This document shows, piece by piece, positions 21,607 to 32,145 of a stretch of 64,000 bases of DNA. Location of the stretch: NCBI GenBank assembly GCA_937128475.1, contig CAKZML010000082.1, forward strand, positions 522 to 64,521, in the 5' to 3' direction. Every line of letters begins with the position of its first letter. Within the stretch, counting starts at the first letter, position 1. Below the pieces are notes generated by a model that saw nothing but the letters and a program-made list of their open reading frames with translations, was not told the DNA's origin and did no database searches. Source of the DNA: an uncultured Chromatiales bacterium. GTDB taxonomy: Bacteria; Pseudomonadota; Gammaproteobacteria; Steroidobacterales; BM003. A program made the position numbers and the translations under genes.

Positions 21607-23099
21607 GCCCGCCCCTCCAGCGCCGCAGCCGCACAAGTTTGATCACTGAACGGCCGGCGCAAGCTTCCAACCTGCTGGTACTGCTCATGTCCCTTACCGG
21701 CAACAAGCACCACATCGCCTGGACCGGCGGCGCCAATGCTATGACTTATCGCCTCGGCACGATCACTCAATTCGATAACCTGCCGGTGATCCCCAACACC
21801 TTCACGAATTTCCGCGATGATGGCCTCGGGATTTTCGTTGCGAGGGTTGTCGCTGGTAATCACCAGCCTGTCGGCCAGCCTTGCGGCAACCTCACCCATC
21901 AACGGTCGCTTGCCACGATCACGATCACCGCCGGCGCCAAACACGCACCACAGTTCACCGCGGCAATGAGCGCGAGCCGAGGACAGCGCTTTTTCAAGCG
22001 CGTCGGGGGTATGTGCAAAATCTACGATCACCATGGGTGAATTGGCACCGTGCACCAGGGCCTGCATCCGCCCGGGAGGCGCCAGCACGTGGCCCAGGGC
22101 ATGGACTGCGGTGTCCAGCTCAACACCCTCTTCCAGTAGCACAGCAAGCACCAACATCAGGTTCGCCGCGTTGAAATCACCAATCAGCGGACTTTCCAGG
22201 GTGGCATCACCCCAACTCGAACGCAGTCCCAGCACCAACCCCGTGTCCCGGGTCTGGATGTTGGCCGCCTGCAGCCAACGACCTTCCTGCAACTCCGGAC
22301 GAACCTCGGTAGCCACGGCAACCCGATGCATGGCGGCATCGAGACTGCGGAACAAACCCAGGCCAAATTCGTCATCCACATTCACCGCCGCCATCTTCAG
22401 GCCGGGCTGGGTGAACAAGCGCTTCTTGGCTTCGCCGTAGCTGCTCATGTCACCGTGGTAATCCAGGTGATCACGACTCAGGTTGGTAAACAGGGCGTTG
22501 GCAAACTGCACTGAATCCACGCGGCCCTGGTCCAGTGCGTGGGAGGACACTTCCATGACCACGTGAGAGGCACCCCAGGCAGCCATCTGGGCCAGCTGAC
22601 GATGCACGGTAATCACATCCGGGGTTGTCAGCTCTGCAGCGTGCAATTGTCCGGGAACACCCCAACCAATGGTGCCGATCATGGCGGCATTGATACCCAG
22701 GCGCTGCAGTGCGCTGGCCAGCAGCCAGGCACAAGAGGTCTTGCCATTGGTGCCGGTGACACCCGAGACACTCAAGCGACTGGACGGCCGCTGGAAGAAG
22801 CGATTCGCCAGGTCCCCCAACTGCTCGCGCAATCCGGGTACCGGGAAACATTTGAGCTCGTCACTCTCGGGGGCCGTAAGACCCGCAACCGGCTCCCAGG
22901 CCACTACCCCTGCGCCGGCCTCCCGGGCCTGCTCCAGGTAATCAAGTCCATGCCCTGTGTGCCCGGCGCAGGCCAGGAACATTCCACCGTCTTCCAGTTC
23001 CCGGGCGTCCAGCGAAATATCCGGTACCGGCAACCCGCGCCAGGCATCCGGCACATGGGTGCCCAGCAATTCGCCAAGTGTCTGCATGGCGGCGCTCAT
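21603..23099 (-). CDS. murE: UDP-MurNAc-L-Ala-D-Glu--meso-DAP ligase
   Basis: 498 aa with GVTGTNGKTS P-loop and the DNPR motif (TSDNPRNE) typical of DAP-adding MurE. Confidence 0.96.
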   Translation of the reverse strand: MSAAMQTLGELLGTHVPDAWRGLPVPDISLDARELEDGGMFLACAGHTGHGLDYLEQAREAGAGVVAWEPVAGLTAPESDELKCFPVPGLREQLGDLANRFFQRPSSRLSVSGVTGTNGKTSCAWLLASALQRLGINAAMIGTIGWGVPGQLHAAELTTPDVITVHRQLAQMAAWGASHVVMEVSSHALDQGRVDSVQFANALFTNLSRDHLDYHGDMSSYGEAKKRLFTQPGLKMAAVNVDDEFGLGLFRSLDAAMHRVAVATEVRPELQEGRWLQAANIQTRDTGLVLGLRSSWGDATLESPLIGDFNAANLMLVLAVLLEEGVELDTAVHALGHVLAPPGRMQALVHGANSPMVIVDFAHTPDALEKALSSARAHCRGELWCVFGAGGDRDRGKRPLMGEVAARLADRLVITSDNPRNENPEAIIAEIREGVGDHRQVIELSDRAEAISHSIGAAGPGDVVLVAGKGHEQYQQVGSLRRPFSDQTCAAAALEGRA

Positions 23100-24823
23100 G
23101 GCTTATCCCTCATAGCCTGGAGTATTTCCCCGGGTCGACGACGAGGAACATTGTCCGGCGCAACAGCAAGCAGGCGCAGCGCGCCAGAGGTCACGTTGGA
23201 GAAAACCGGGGCGGCAACTTCGCCACCATAAAACTTGCCAGCTGATGGTTCGTCCAGCATTACGACTGTCGCCAGGCGCGGGTTGCTGGCCGGCGCCAGG
23301 CCAGCGAATACCGCCACGTAACGGTCATGGGAATACCCGCCGGCATCAGCTTTCCACGAGGTGCCAGTCTTGCCTGCTACCTGGTAACCATTCACCGCGG
23401 CGAGGGTTCCGGTGCCGCCTTCGGCAACAACGGTTTCCATCATTTCGATGAGCGAGCGGGAGGTTTCTTCAGAAATCACGGATTCGCTGGAGGACGGATC
23501 AACAAGGCGCAGCATGCTGATCGGCAGATGCTGTCCACGGTTACCCAGGGTCGCGTAGGCCTCGGCCAGTTGCAGTAAGGTCACCGACATTCCGTAGCCA
23601 TAGGACATGGTGGCCTGGCTAATCGGCCGCCAACTGTTGTAGTTGGCCAGCAGGCCGGCGCTCTCTGCCGGCAGGCCGCTACCGGTCAGGGCGCCGAATC
23701 CGAACTGGGAAAAAGTATTCCACATGAAGCGCGGTTCCAGTTCCATGGCAATCTTGCTGATCCCCACGTTGCTGGACTTGGTCAGCACGGTGGCCAGGCT
23801 GATGTTGCCCAGGTTGTGCTTGTCGGTAATCAACTTACTGCCGACCTTGAACGAGCCTGGAGAGGTATCCACGGTGGAATGACTTTTAAAGGCACCGCTT
23901 TCCAGGGCCGCTGCCAGGACGAAAGGCTTGATGCTGGAACCCGGTTCAAAAATATCGGTCACTGCCCGGTTGCGATACCGGGCGGGGCGGAATTCTGAAC
24001 GATCATTGGGATTGAATGACGGCTGGTTCGCCATGGCCAGTACTTCACCGGTAGTCACGTCAATCACGACGATAGAACCGGACTTGGCGCTGTTGGCCTG
24101 CACCGCGGCTTTCAACTCCCGGTAGGCCAGGTACTGGATCCGCAAATCAAGGCTTAACTCAAGCGCCTGCCCCTGCTGCAAAGGCTCGACCTGCTCCACC
24201 TCAATGGTATTGCCGCGACGATCACGCAGCACACGCTTGAATCCCGGTTCGCCAGCCAGCCAACCGTCATAGGCCAGCTCAAGACCTTCCTGGCCACGGT
24301 CATCGATATCGGTGAATCCCAGCAAATGCCCGGTCACTTCCCCTGCCGGATAGAAGCGATGGTATTCACGCTGCAGGTACACACCGGGGATATTCAGTTT
24401 CTCGACACGATGCGCCCGTTCCGGCGACATATGCCGCTGCAGGTACAGGAATTCGCGATGCATGTTCGAGGCGATCCGACGCTTCAGCCAATCCGGCTTT
24501 ACTTCCATGGAACGCGCCAACTCGGGCAGCCTGTCGGTGGCATCCGCCACGATCCGGGGATTTACCCAGACGCTATCCACCGGAGTACTGATGGCAAGGG
24601 GCTCGCCATTTCGATCAGTAATCGGGCCTCGCGGGGCGACGATAGGCACGATGCGAACATGACGTGCTTCACCCTGTTCGGCGAGGAATGTGTTGCTAAG
24701 TACCTGTAAATCCAGGGAACGGGCAGCCAGCGCCATGCCTGCCAAAAGCAGAAGGCTCATTACAAAACTGACCCGCAAGCGGATCCGTTTTAAATGCTGC
24801 TCAAATACCGCGGACTTACTCAT
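23096..24823 (-). CDS. ftsI: Division-specific transpeptidase PBP3 (FtsI)
   Basis: 575 aa with an N-terminal TM and the SxxK (SSIK), SSN and KTGT penicillin-binding motifs. Confidence 0.96.
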   Translation of the reverse strand: MSKSAVFEQHLKRIRLRVSFVMSLLLLAGMALAARSLDLQVLSNTFLAEQGEARHVRIVPIVAPRGPITDRNGEPLAISTPVDSVWVNPRIVADATDRLPELARSMEVKPDWLKRRIASNMHREFLYLQRHMSPERAHRVEKLNIPGVYLQREYHRFYPAGEVTGHLLGFTDIDDRGQEGLELAYDGWLAGEPGFKRVLRDRRGNTIEVEQVEPLQQGQALELSLDLRIQYLAYRELKAAVQANSAKSGSIVVIDVTTGEVLAMANQPSFNPNDRSEFRPARYRNRAVTDIFEPGSSIKPFVLAAALESGAFKSHSTVDTSPGSFKVGSKLITDKHNLGNISLATVLTKSSNVGISKIAMELEPRFMWNTFSQFGFGALTGSGLPAESAGLLANYNSWRPISQATMSYGYGMSVTLLQLAEAYATLGNRGQHLPISMLRLVDPSSSESVISEETSRSLIEMMETVVAEGGTGTLAAVNGYQVAGKTGTSWKADAGGYSHDRYVAVFAGLAPASNPRLATVVMLDEPSAGKFYGGEVAAPVFSNVTSGALRLLAVAPDNVPRRRPGEILQAMRDKP

Positions 24824-25098
24824 TGGCTAACGATGATTACGTCTAGGGGTTGAGGGATGTGCATGCCCAGGCGCTCCCGCGCCTCCCGGTCAATGCGCGC
24901 ATGGGTAGACCAGTAACTTTCCTCTATTTGTAAACGCCACCAGTCCACGACCAATTCGTCGCGCTGGCTGTTGAGTTGCTGCAGCAGGGTGAACTGACGC
25001 CTGGACTCGTGGGTTACATACACAACACCCAGGGATGACAACAGGGTCATGACCAGCAAGCCGGGTACAAGCAGGCGAAACAGCGGCATCATGTTCAT
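24820..25098 (-). CDS. ftsL: Cell division protein FtsL
   Basis: 92 aa single-TM protein between rsmH and ftsI. ATGA overlaps on both sides. Confidence 0.85.
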   Translation of the reverse strand: MNMMPLFRLLVPGLLVMTLLSSLGVVYVTHESRRQFTLLQQLNSQRDELVVDWWRLQIEESYWSTHARIDREARERLGMHIPQPLDVIIVSQ

Positions 25099-26018
25099 CG
25101 CAACTTCTCCCCCGCCCTCAAGGTGGCGCTGCGTGAACGGGGGTTTTCATTCAGTTCCTGCTCCGAGGCAGTGACAGCCTTGCCGGCAATTTTCATGCGG
25201 GGCTGGGCATGCTCGGGGATGTTTGGCAAACCGGCGTACACCGGATCGGGCCGGGAGTGCCCGCGAATAAAACGTTTGACCATGCGATCTTCCAGGGAAT
25301 GGAAACTGATCACACACAGGCGCCCACCGGGAGCCAGAATCTCCAGCGCGGCGTCCAGTCCGGATTCCAGGGACTGCATCTCCCGGTTCAGGTGAATGCG
25401 AATGGCCTGGAAGGTACGGGTCGCGGGGTGCTTGCGTTCCCGTGAACGGGGAACCGCCGAGGAAATCACCGCCGCCAGGTCAGCGGTCCTTTCAAACGGC
25501 TTTTCCTCGCGTCGGCTCAAAATTGCCCTGCTGATACGCCTGGCGTGCTTTTCCTCGCCGTAGCGCCACAAGACCTGGTTGATCTCATCTTCTGTGGCTT
25601 CGGCCAACCACTGGGCAGCGGTCATGCCTTCTTCATTATCCATGCGCATGTCCAGGGGACCGTCTTTCTGGAAGCTGAAACCACGCTCGGCCTCATCAAG
25701 TTGAGGCGAAGAAACACCCAGGTCGAACAAAAGTCCGTCCAGCGCGCTAATTCCATGCTCCCTCGCTAATTCCCCCAACATCTCGAACGAACCCCTGATA
25801 ATCGTTACACGTTGGTCTTCGCCAAATAAATTCTTAGCGACTTCAATGGCTTGCGGGTCCCGGTCCAGCACTATCAGCCGGCCATCCGGCCCCAGTGAGT
25901 CAAGGATTGACCTGGCGTGCCCACCTCGTCCGAACGTGGCATCCAGGTACACACCAGAGGCCTTTACAGCCAGAGCCTCCAGCACCTCCCCGTGGAGTAC
26001 CGGCAAATGAAGTTCCAA
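25095..26018 (-). CDS. rsmH: 16S rRNA m4C1402 methyltransferase RsmH (MraW)
   Basis: 307 aa with HLPVL...DATFGRGGH and DLGVSSPQLD motifs. mraZ-rsmH synteny. Confidence 0.96.
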   Translation of the reverse strand: MELHLPVLHGEVLEALAVKASGVYLDATFGRGGHARSILDSLGPDGRLIVLDRDPQAIEVAKNLFGEDQRVTIIRGSFEMLGELAREHGISALDGLLFDLGVSSPQLDEAERGFSFQKDGPLDMRMDNEEGMTAAQWLAEATEDEINQVLWRYGEEKHARRISRAILSRREEKPFERTADLAAVISSAVPRSRERKHPATRTFQAIRIHLNREMQSLESGLDAALEILAPGGRLCVISFHSLEDRMVKRFIRGHSRPDPVYAGLPNIPEHAQPRMKIAGKAVTASEQELNENPRSRSATLRAGEKLR

Positions 26019-26028
26019 CGCCGGATTC

Positions 26029-26481
26029 CTATAAAGAAAGTGATTCGAGCTCGGACGGCAGATCTACACCGTCGTCATCGGCCTGAAGCCACTGGTCGCG
26101 CTTGGCGCTCCAGCTGTCTTCATCCCAAAGCTCAAACTTATTACCCTGACCAATGAGGATGGCCTGTCGGTCCAACCCCGCGAATTCCCTCAACTCACGC
26201 GGTAGCAAAATCCGTCCGTGACCATCAAGATCGAGTTCCGTCGCATAACCCACCATCAGCCTCTGCAGTTTGCGAGCCCTGGCATTCAGGCTCGGCAAAC
26301 GCATCAGCTTGCGCTCGACTTCTTCCCAGTCCGGATACGGATAGATAAGCAGGCAGTAGTCACGATCCACGGTAACCACAAGCCGACCGTCACTTCGGTC
26401 GGACAGCCGGTCGCGATAGCGCGTTGGCATAGCCATCCGCCCTTTTGCGTCCAATGTGATTTTGCTTGCACCGCGAAACAT
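26029..26481 (-). CDS. mraZ: Transcriptional regulator MraZ
   Basis: ORF 26029-26574 trimmed to ATG 26481 (MFRGASKITLDAKGRMAMP), with GGAGG upstream. The two MraZ/SpoVT-AbrB half-domains (GRILLP repeat) are present. Confidence 0.93.
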   Translation of the reverse strand: MFRGASKITLDAKGRMAMPTRYRDRLSDRSDGRLVVTVDRDYCLLIYPYPDWEEVERKLMRLPSLNARARKLQRLMVGYATELDLDGHGRILLPRELREFAGLDRQAILIGQGNKFELWDEDSWSAKRDQWLQADDDGVDLPSELESLSL

Positions 26482-26510
26482 ATCTTTCAGGTCCTCCAAA
26501 AAGCCCGGAG

Positions 26511-26535
26511 TTCCATTTCTCCCCACTTTTCCCCA
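26511..26535 (-). promoter_or_regulatory. Putative MraZ operator: three TGGGN-type direct repeats at exact 10-nt spacing
   Basis: The minus strand reads TGGGG-aaaag-TGGGG-agaaa-TGGAA (26535-26511), immediately downstream of the -10 box and upstream of the mraZ SD. Confidence 0.7.
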
Positions 26536-26544
26536 CCTCGGCAC

Positions 26545-26574
26545 ACTATAGGTACGGCAAACCAGCACTGTCAA
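26545..26574 (-). promoter_or_regulatory. Sigma70-type promoter Pmra for the dcw cluster
   Basis: On the minus strand, TTGACA (26574-26569), an 18-nt spacer, then TATAGT (26550-26545). Confidence 0.7.
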
Positions 26575-26726
26575 CTGGAAAACAGCAAAAATTTCTTAAT
26601 AGTGAATGACTTAGGCGCGCTTTTTAGGTGGGATTCAGGTCATTTTGATGACCTTTTGAGGCACAAAATCAGTATGTTAAGAGCGCTTCCTGAGAAAGGC
26701 CTTTAAATAGAAAAATAGTTTTAAAG

Positions 26727-27097
26727 GTGGGAGTCGGCCGATAAGCCGGGTTTTGTCTTGGACAACCATTCATCTGGGATACGCGTCACCGCGTACCTCA
26801 AGCGACCTACCCGGGAGCGAATGCGGGCCACACCTACGGCCGAAGCCGATCGCCCCCCTATTTGGTCTTGCTCCGGGTGGGGTTTACCTAGCCGCGAAGT
26901 GTTACCACTCGCGCGGTGCGCTCTTACCGCACCATTTCAACCTTACCGGCATCCGTGAGGATGCTTAGGCGGTTTGCTTTCTGTTGCACTTTCCGTAGGC
27001 TCGCGCCCCCCAGGGGTTACCTGGCACCCTGCCCTTCGGAGCCCGGACTTTCCTCCGCGGGTCATAGACCCGCCGCGGTTGCCTGGCCGACTCCCGC
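26727..27097 (-). ncRNA. rnpB: RNase P RNA (bacterial type A)
   Basis: The minus strand contains GAGGAAAGTCCGGGCTCC (27038-27053 region), GGGCAGGGTGCCAGGTAAC, CAACAGAAAGCAAACCGCC, and the 3' ACAAAACCCGGCTTATCGGCCGACTCCCACC. The 5' GGGAGTCGGCC pairs with the 3' GGCCGACTCCC (P1). Ends are accurate to within a few nt. Confidence 0.92.
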
Positions 27098-27102
27098 GGC
27101 GA

Positions 27103-27131
27103 ACAATAGGTCCTGAGAGGGTAAAACTCAA
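27103..27131 (-). promoter_or_regulatory. Candidate rnpB promoter overlapping the rsmI stop codon
   Basis: On the minus strand, TTGAGT (27131-27126), a 17-nt spacer, then TATTGT (27108-27103), about 6 nt before the predicted RNA 5' end. Confidence 0.5.
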
Positions 27132-27988
27132 GGCAAATCAGTACCTTTTTGCAGCTGAGTAGCCCGCTTGTAGACCTCGTTACGGCGCAGCCCACATAAC
27201 TCCACGGCCAACTTTACTGCCTGGCTCAGGGGCAACTCGGCCAATAGCACTCCCAGCACCCGGTCCAGCTCCGGATTTTCGGCAATCTCCGCAGCCGGCA
27301 TCCCCTGCACCAGCAGGACCAACTCCCCGCGCAACATATCCGGGTCCGAGCCAGCCCGGTCGCGCAATTGGGCGAGACTGCCCCGATACAGGCTTTCATA
27401 CATCTTGGTCAGTTCCCTGGCCACGGCCGCATCTCGATCTGGCCCCAGAATCTCGCACATATCCTCCAGCACCTTGCCAAGGCGCTTTCCGGATTCATAG
27501 AACACCAGTGTCCTGGTTTCATCGGCCAACCCCTCAAGGCGGCTCCTGCGGGCGCCTGAACGGGCCGGCAGGAAACCCTCGAAGGTAAACCGGTCAGTGG
27601 CAAGCCCGGCAACCGACAAGGCCGCCACTGCCGCACAGGGACCGGGGATCGGGATCACCGGCATATCCAGTTCCCGCAGCCTGCGCAGCAGGGGAAACCC
27701 GGGATCGCTGAGCAAGGGAGTGCCGGCATCCGACACCAGGGCGAGAGTTTCACCGGCCTGCAAACGCTGAACCATAGACTCCAGTTTCTGGCGTTCATTG
27801 TGCTCGTGCATGGATTGCAGGGGTTTGCTCAAGCCACAGTGACGCAATAGCTGGGCGGTATGACGGGTGTCCTCGGCCAGTATCAGGTCTACCTGGCCAA
27901 GCACTTCAACCGCCCTGGGAGCCAGGTCGGCAAGGTTGCCAATCGGTGTGGCGACAACATAGAGGGTACCAGCAGCAATCTGTTGCAT
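27128..27988 (-). CDS. rsmI: 16S rRNA 2'-O-methyl-C1402 methyltransferase RsmI
   Basis: 286 aa with GTLYVVATPIGNLADL N-terminus (tetrapyrrole-methylase fold). Divergent from lpoA. Confidence 0.95.
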   Translation of the reverse strand: MQQIAAGTLYVVATPIGNLADLAPRAVEVLGQVDLILAEDTRHTAQLLRHCGLSKPLQSMHEHNERQKLESMVQRLQAGETLALVSDAGTPLLSDPGFPLLRRLRELDMPVIPIPGPCAAVAALSVAGLATDRFTFEGFLPARSGARRSRLEGLADETRTLVFYESGKRLGKVLEDMCEILGPDRDAAVARELTKMYESLYRGSLAQLRDRAGSDPDMLRGELVLLVQGMPAAEIAENPELDRVLGVLLAELPLSQAVKLAVELCGLRRNEVYKRATQLQKGTDLP

Positions 27989-28157
27989 GGGATAATCCAG
28001 CCGGAAAGGTTAATCTTGCGGGCAGGATACTAAAAGCTGCGGCTTTAAGTGGATTTCCGTAAAAAATCGGTCATCTGACCACTATTGTGAGTGGCCACTG
28101 GCCCCAGTTGGTGCTTGACTGGCAGTCAGGCCAATACAGACCCGGGAACATAACACC

Positions 28158-30034
28158 ATGAGAATACTTGCCGGCCTAGTTCACAGCGCTCCGCGCGGCC
28201 TCCTGATGCTGCTGTTGCTGGCGGCTTTATCGGCCTGCCAGGCGCCAGTGAAAGAGGTAGACACGCGGGGCCAGCTCTATCGCGCCGAAAGAGCGGCGGC
28301 CCAGGGACAGTACCGGGATGCCGCGCAGATCTACATGGAGCTTGCAAGCCAGGAGGCAGGAACCCAGGCCGATCACTGGCGACTGCTTGCCGCCCAGGAA
28401 TGGCTGAATAACGAGGACCTGGTTGCGGCCATGTCGGCGCTGGAGTCGATTGGCGGACCAATGAACAAGGATGATTACGCCTTGTGGGCCATCCTCGGAG
28501 CACGAATCGCACTGGCCTCGGGCAAGCCTGCCGAGGCACTGCAGAAACTGGAAGAATCCCCGCCCCCCTCTGCCGAGCTTGCCGCACAGTATTACCGGAC
28601 CAGGGGTACGGCACTGCTGGCGCTGGGACGCGTGGAACAGGCAATACAAGCCTTCGGCGAGGAACAGACATGGGCCAACAACGCCCAGGAACTGCAGGCA
28701 AGCCAGCAATCTTTGCTTAATCAATTGCAGGGCAAGGTACGCAAGGGCGAACTGCCAACCTCCAGTTCGGACCCCGTGGTCCAGGGCTGGCTGGACCTGG
28801 CCCGCTTGAGCAGCATGACCTCCTCAGACAGCCCTGCATTGCTGGCGGGGCTGCGTAACTGGCGCCTGGCCAACCCCCAGCACCCGGCGGTTACCGGCGT
28901 TGTAGCCGCCCTGGTAGAACGTCACCGGGGCGCCAACAGCTATCCCATACAAGTTGCCCTGCTACTGCCCCTGAGTGGCCGGGAACAGGCCTACGGTGAA
29001 GCTGTCAGGGACGGGTTCCTTGCTGCCTACCTGGACAGTCCCAACAAGACATTGCTGCCCGTGGTCAGGATTTATGACACCCAGCACCTGGGTGCTCCCG
29101 CCAGTTACCGGGAAGCCATCAGCGAGGGCGCCGACATGGTGGTTGGCCCACTGCTCAAGCAGGACGTCACCGAACTGATGGGCACGGCAAATGGAGAAGT
29201 TCCGATACTGGCCCTGAACCGGGGAAATGTCGGAGGTTATACCCCTCCCGACTTTTACCAGTTCGCCCTGGATCCTGCTGAGGAAGCCCGTGAAATAGCG
29301 CGCGGCGCATTGGCCGACGGTTACACACGCGCCATCGCCCTGGTGCCCTCCACCGGCTGGGGCCAGCGTATCCTGGAAAGTTTTACCAGCGAGTTGATCG
29401 ACAACGGCGGTGAGTTGCTGGCCAGTACGGCCTACGATCCGGGTGAGCAGGATTACTCCTCTGCCATAACCCGGGCCCTGAACCTGGACCAGAGCAAGGA
29501 GCGCTTCCGCAGGCTTTCTGATTTGCTGGGCATGTACCCGGAATTTGAACCCCGCCGCCGCGAAGACGCAGAATTCGTATTCGTCGCCGCTTACCCCGAG
29601 CAGGGTCGCTTGCTTCGCCCGCAATTGAAGTTCCACTACGCGGCGAAGCTGCCGGTGTACGCCACATCCGCCATCTACCAGGCTGATGCAATGTCCAACA
29701 ATGACCTGGACGGACTTCAATTCGCCGACATGCCCTGGCAGCTGAGCATGACAAACGAGACCGGTGGCCTGCGCCAGAAAGTGGCCTTGGCGTTTCCCGG
29801 CATGGAAGAAAACCAGCCGCGACTGTTAGCCATGGGCGTGGACGCTTTCCGCCTCCTTCCGTGGCTGTACAACAGGCAGACCGACCTCCACCTTGCCGGC
29901 GCTACCGGCAGCCTGGGCATGACACCCGATGGGGTTATTAACCGGCAATTGCAATGGGCCCGCTTCCGCAGAGGTGAGCCCAGAATCAGCAAACCCAAGG
30001 TTCTGCACCCCACACCCAGGGTCACGGAGCAGCC

Positions 30035-30038
<4 letters not shown>
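28158..30038 (+). CDS. lpoA: Penicillin-binding protein 1A activator lipoprotein LpoA
   Basis: 626 aa with lipobox LLLAALSAC, a helical-repeat N-terminal half and a periplasmic-binding-protein-like C-terminal half. rsmI/lpoA-yraN-diaA synteny. Confidence 0.88.
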
Positions 30039-31010
<972 letters not shown>

Positions 31011-31030
31011 CCAGGCGTAAGTGCCGAGGC

Positions 31031-31453
31031 CTACTTCACTATCTTTAGATGCGATCGCCGGGGTGGCTCGGCTGGCCCATCGGGCGTAGGTTCCGGATCA
31101 GATTCCGGTGGTGGCGGCTCAGCGCCGTCATCCTCTTCTCCAAACAGCATTCCCTCGCCGGATTCCCTTCCGTAAATTCCAAGCACCGCCCTGACAGGAA
31201 TACTCACCGACATGGGCGTTCCGCCAAACCGGGCATGGAACGAAATACCGTCATTCTCAATCTGAATCCCTGAGGCAGCCGAATAGCTGACATTCAGAAC
31301 AATGCGTCCGTCCTTAACGAACTGGACGGGTACCACGACCCCCTCGACATTTGCGTCGACCACAATGTGAGGGGTCTGGTGGTTATCCGACATCCACTCA
31401 TGCATTGCCCGTAACAGGTACGGGCGCCGCGATGAAAGATCGGATCCGGTCAC
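31031..31453 (-). CDS. sspB: ClpXP adaptor stringent starvation protein B
   Basis: 140 aa with RRPYLLRAMHEWMSDNHQTPHIVVD N-terminus, an acidic linker, and a C-terminal ClpX-tethering peptide (HLKIVK). Confidence 0.93.
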   Translation of the reverse strand: MTGSDLSSRRPYLLRAMHEWMSDNHQTPHIVVDANVEGVVVPVQFVKDGRIVLNVSYSAASGIQIENDGISFHARFGGTPMSVSIPVRAVLGIYGRESGEGMLFGEEDDGAEPPPPESDPEPTPDGPAEPPRRSHLKIVK

Positions 31454-31456
31454 TGC

Positions 31457-32086
31457 TTACTGCCTGATCTCTCGCTCGAGCTCGGTCAGGCTCTGCTGGA
31501 ACGAGGGACGGTCAAAGATGCGCTGTGCGTACTTGGCAATCGGTGCGGCCTCCTTGGGCAGCTCGATTCCATACTTCGGCAAACGCCACAGGATCGGGGC
31601 AATGGTGCAATCCACCAGCGACAATTCATCACTGAGGAAGTAAGGCTTGGCACCAAAGACTTCCGAACTCGACAGGATGCTTTCCTTGAGAATCTTGCGC
31701 GCCTTCAGAGCGGGCTTCTTCTCACCGGCAGCTTCAATCTGCTCAGCCATGGTGTACCAGTCACGTTCCAGGCGAAACAGCGCCAGGCGGAACTGGGCAC
31801 GCGTCACCGGATCAACCGGCATCAGCGGAGGATGAGGGAAACGCTCATCCAGGTACTCGATGATTACTCGCGAGTCGTACAACACAAGATCCCGATCCAC
31901 CAGGGTGGGAACGCTGTTGTAGGGATTCAGGTCAAGCAAATCCTCGGGGAGATCGGGCCCTTTAACATCGACGATATCAATGTTGATGCTTTTCTCTGCC
32001 AGTACCATGCGAACCCTGTGGCTATGGGTGCACAACTGATTGGAAAACAAAGTCATCACGGAACGCCTATTGGCAATATTCGACAT
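31457..32086 (-). CDS. sspA: Stringent starvation protein A (GST-like)
   Basis: ORF trimmed to ATG 32086 (GGAG 7 nt upstream). RSVMTLFSN...VPTLVDRDLVLYDSRVIIEYLDERFPHPPLMP is collinear with SspA. Confidence 0.95.
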   Translation of the reverse strand: MSNIANRRSVMTLFSNQLCTHSHRVRMVLAEKSINIDIVDVKGPDLPEDLLDLNPYNSVPTLVDRDLVLYDSRVIIEYLDERFPHPPLMPVDPVTRAQFRLALFRLERDWYTMAEQIEAAGEKKPALKARKILKESILSSSEVFGAKPYFLSDELSLVDCTIAPILWRLPKYGIELPKEAAPIAKYAQRIFDRPSFQQSLTELEREIRQ

Positions 32087-32145
32087 ATCAAGCTCCACTG
32101 GCTCTTGGTCCAGTCATGAAATCGGGGGAAAGCGCCTTAGCAATC

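Noticed and set aside
26482-26574. N-terminal extensions in the ORF track, for example mraZ to 26574, pgk to 55262, ftsA to 11478, murC to 15507, murF to 21636, rapZ from 44787, lptC from 40322 and lptA from 40899
   Set aside because: The extensions run through upstream genes, promoters or operators and add non-conserved residues. Internal starts give canonical N-termini and ATGA/TGATG coupling or good SD spacing, so the shorter models were used.
26637-26657. Hairpin AGGTCAT-TTTG-ATGACCT followed by TTTG between rnpB and Pmra
   Set aside because: Its orientation (T tract on the plus strand) does not match the minus-strand rnpB it would need to terminate, and the stem is only 7 bp, so there is too little support to call it.
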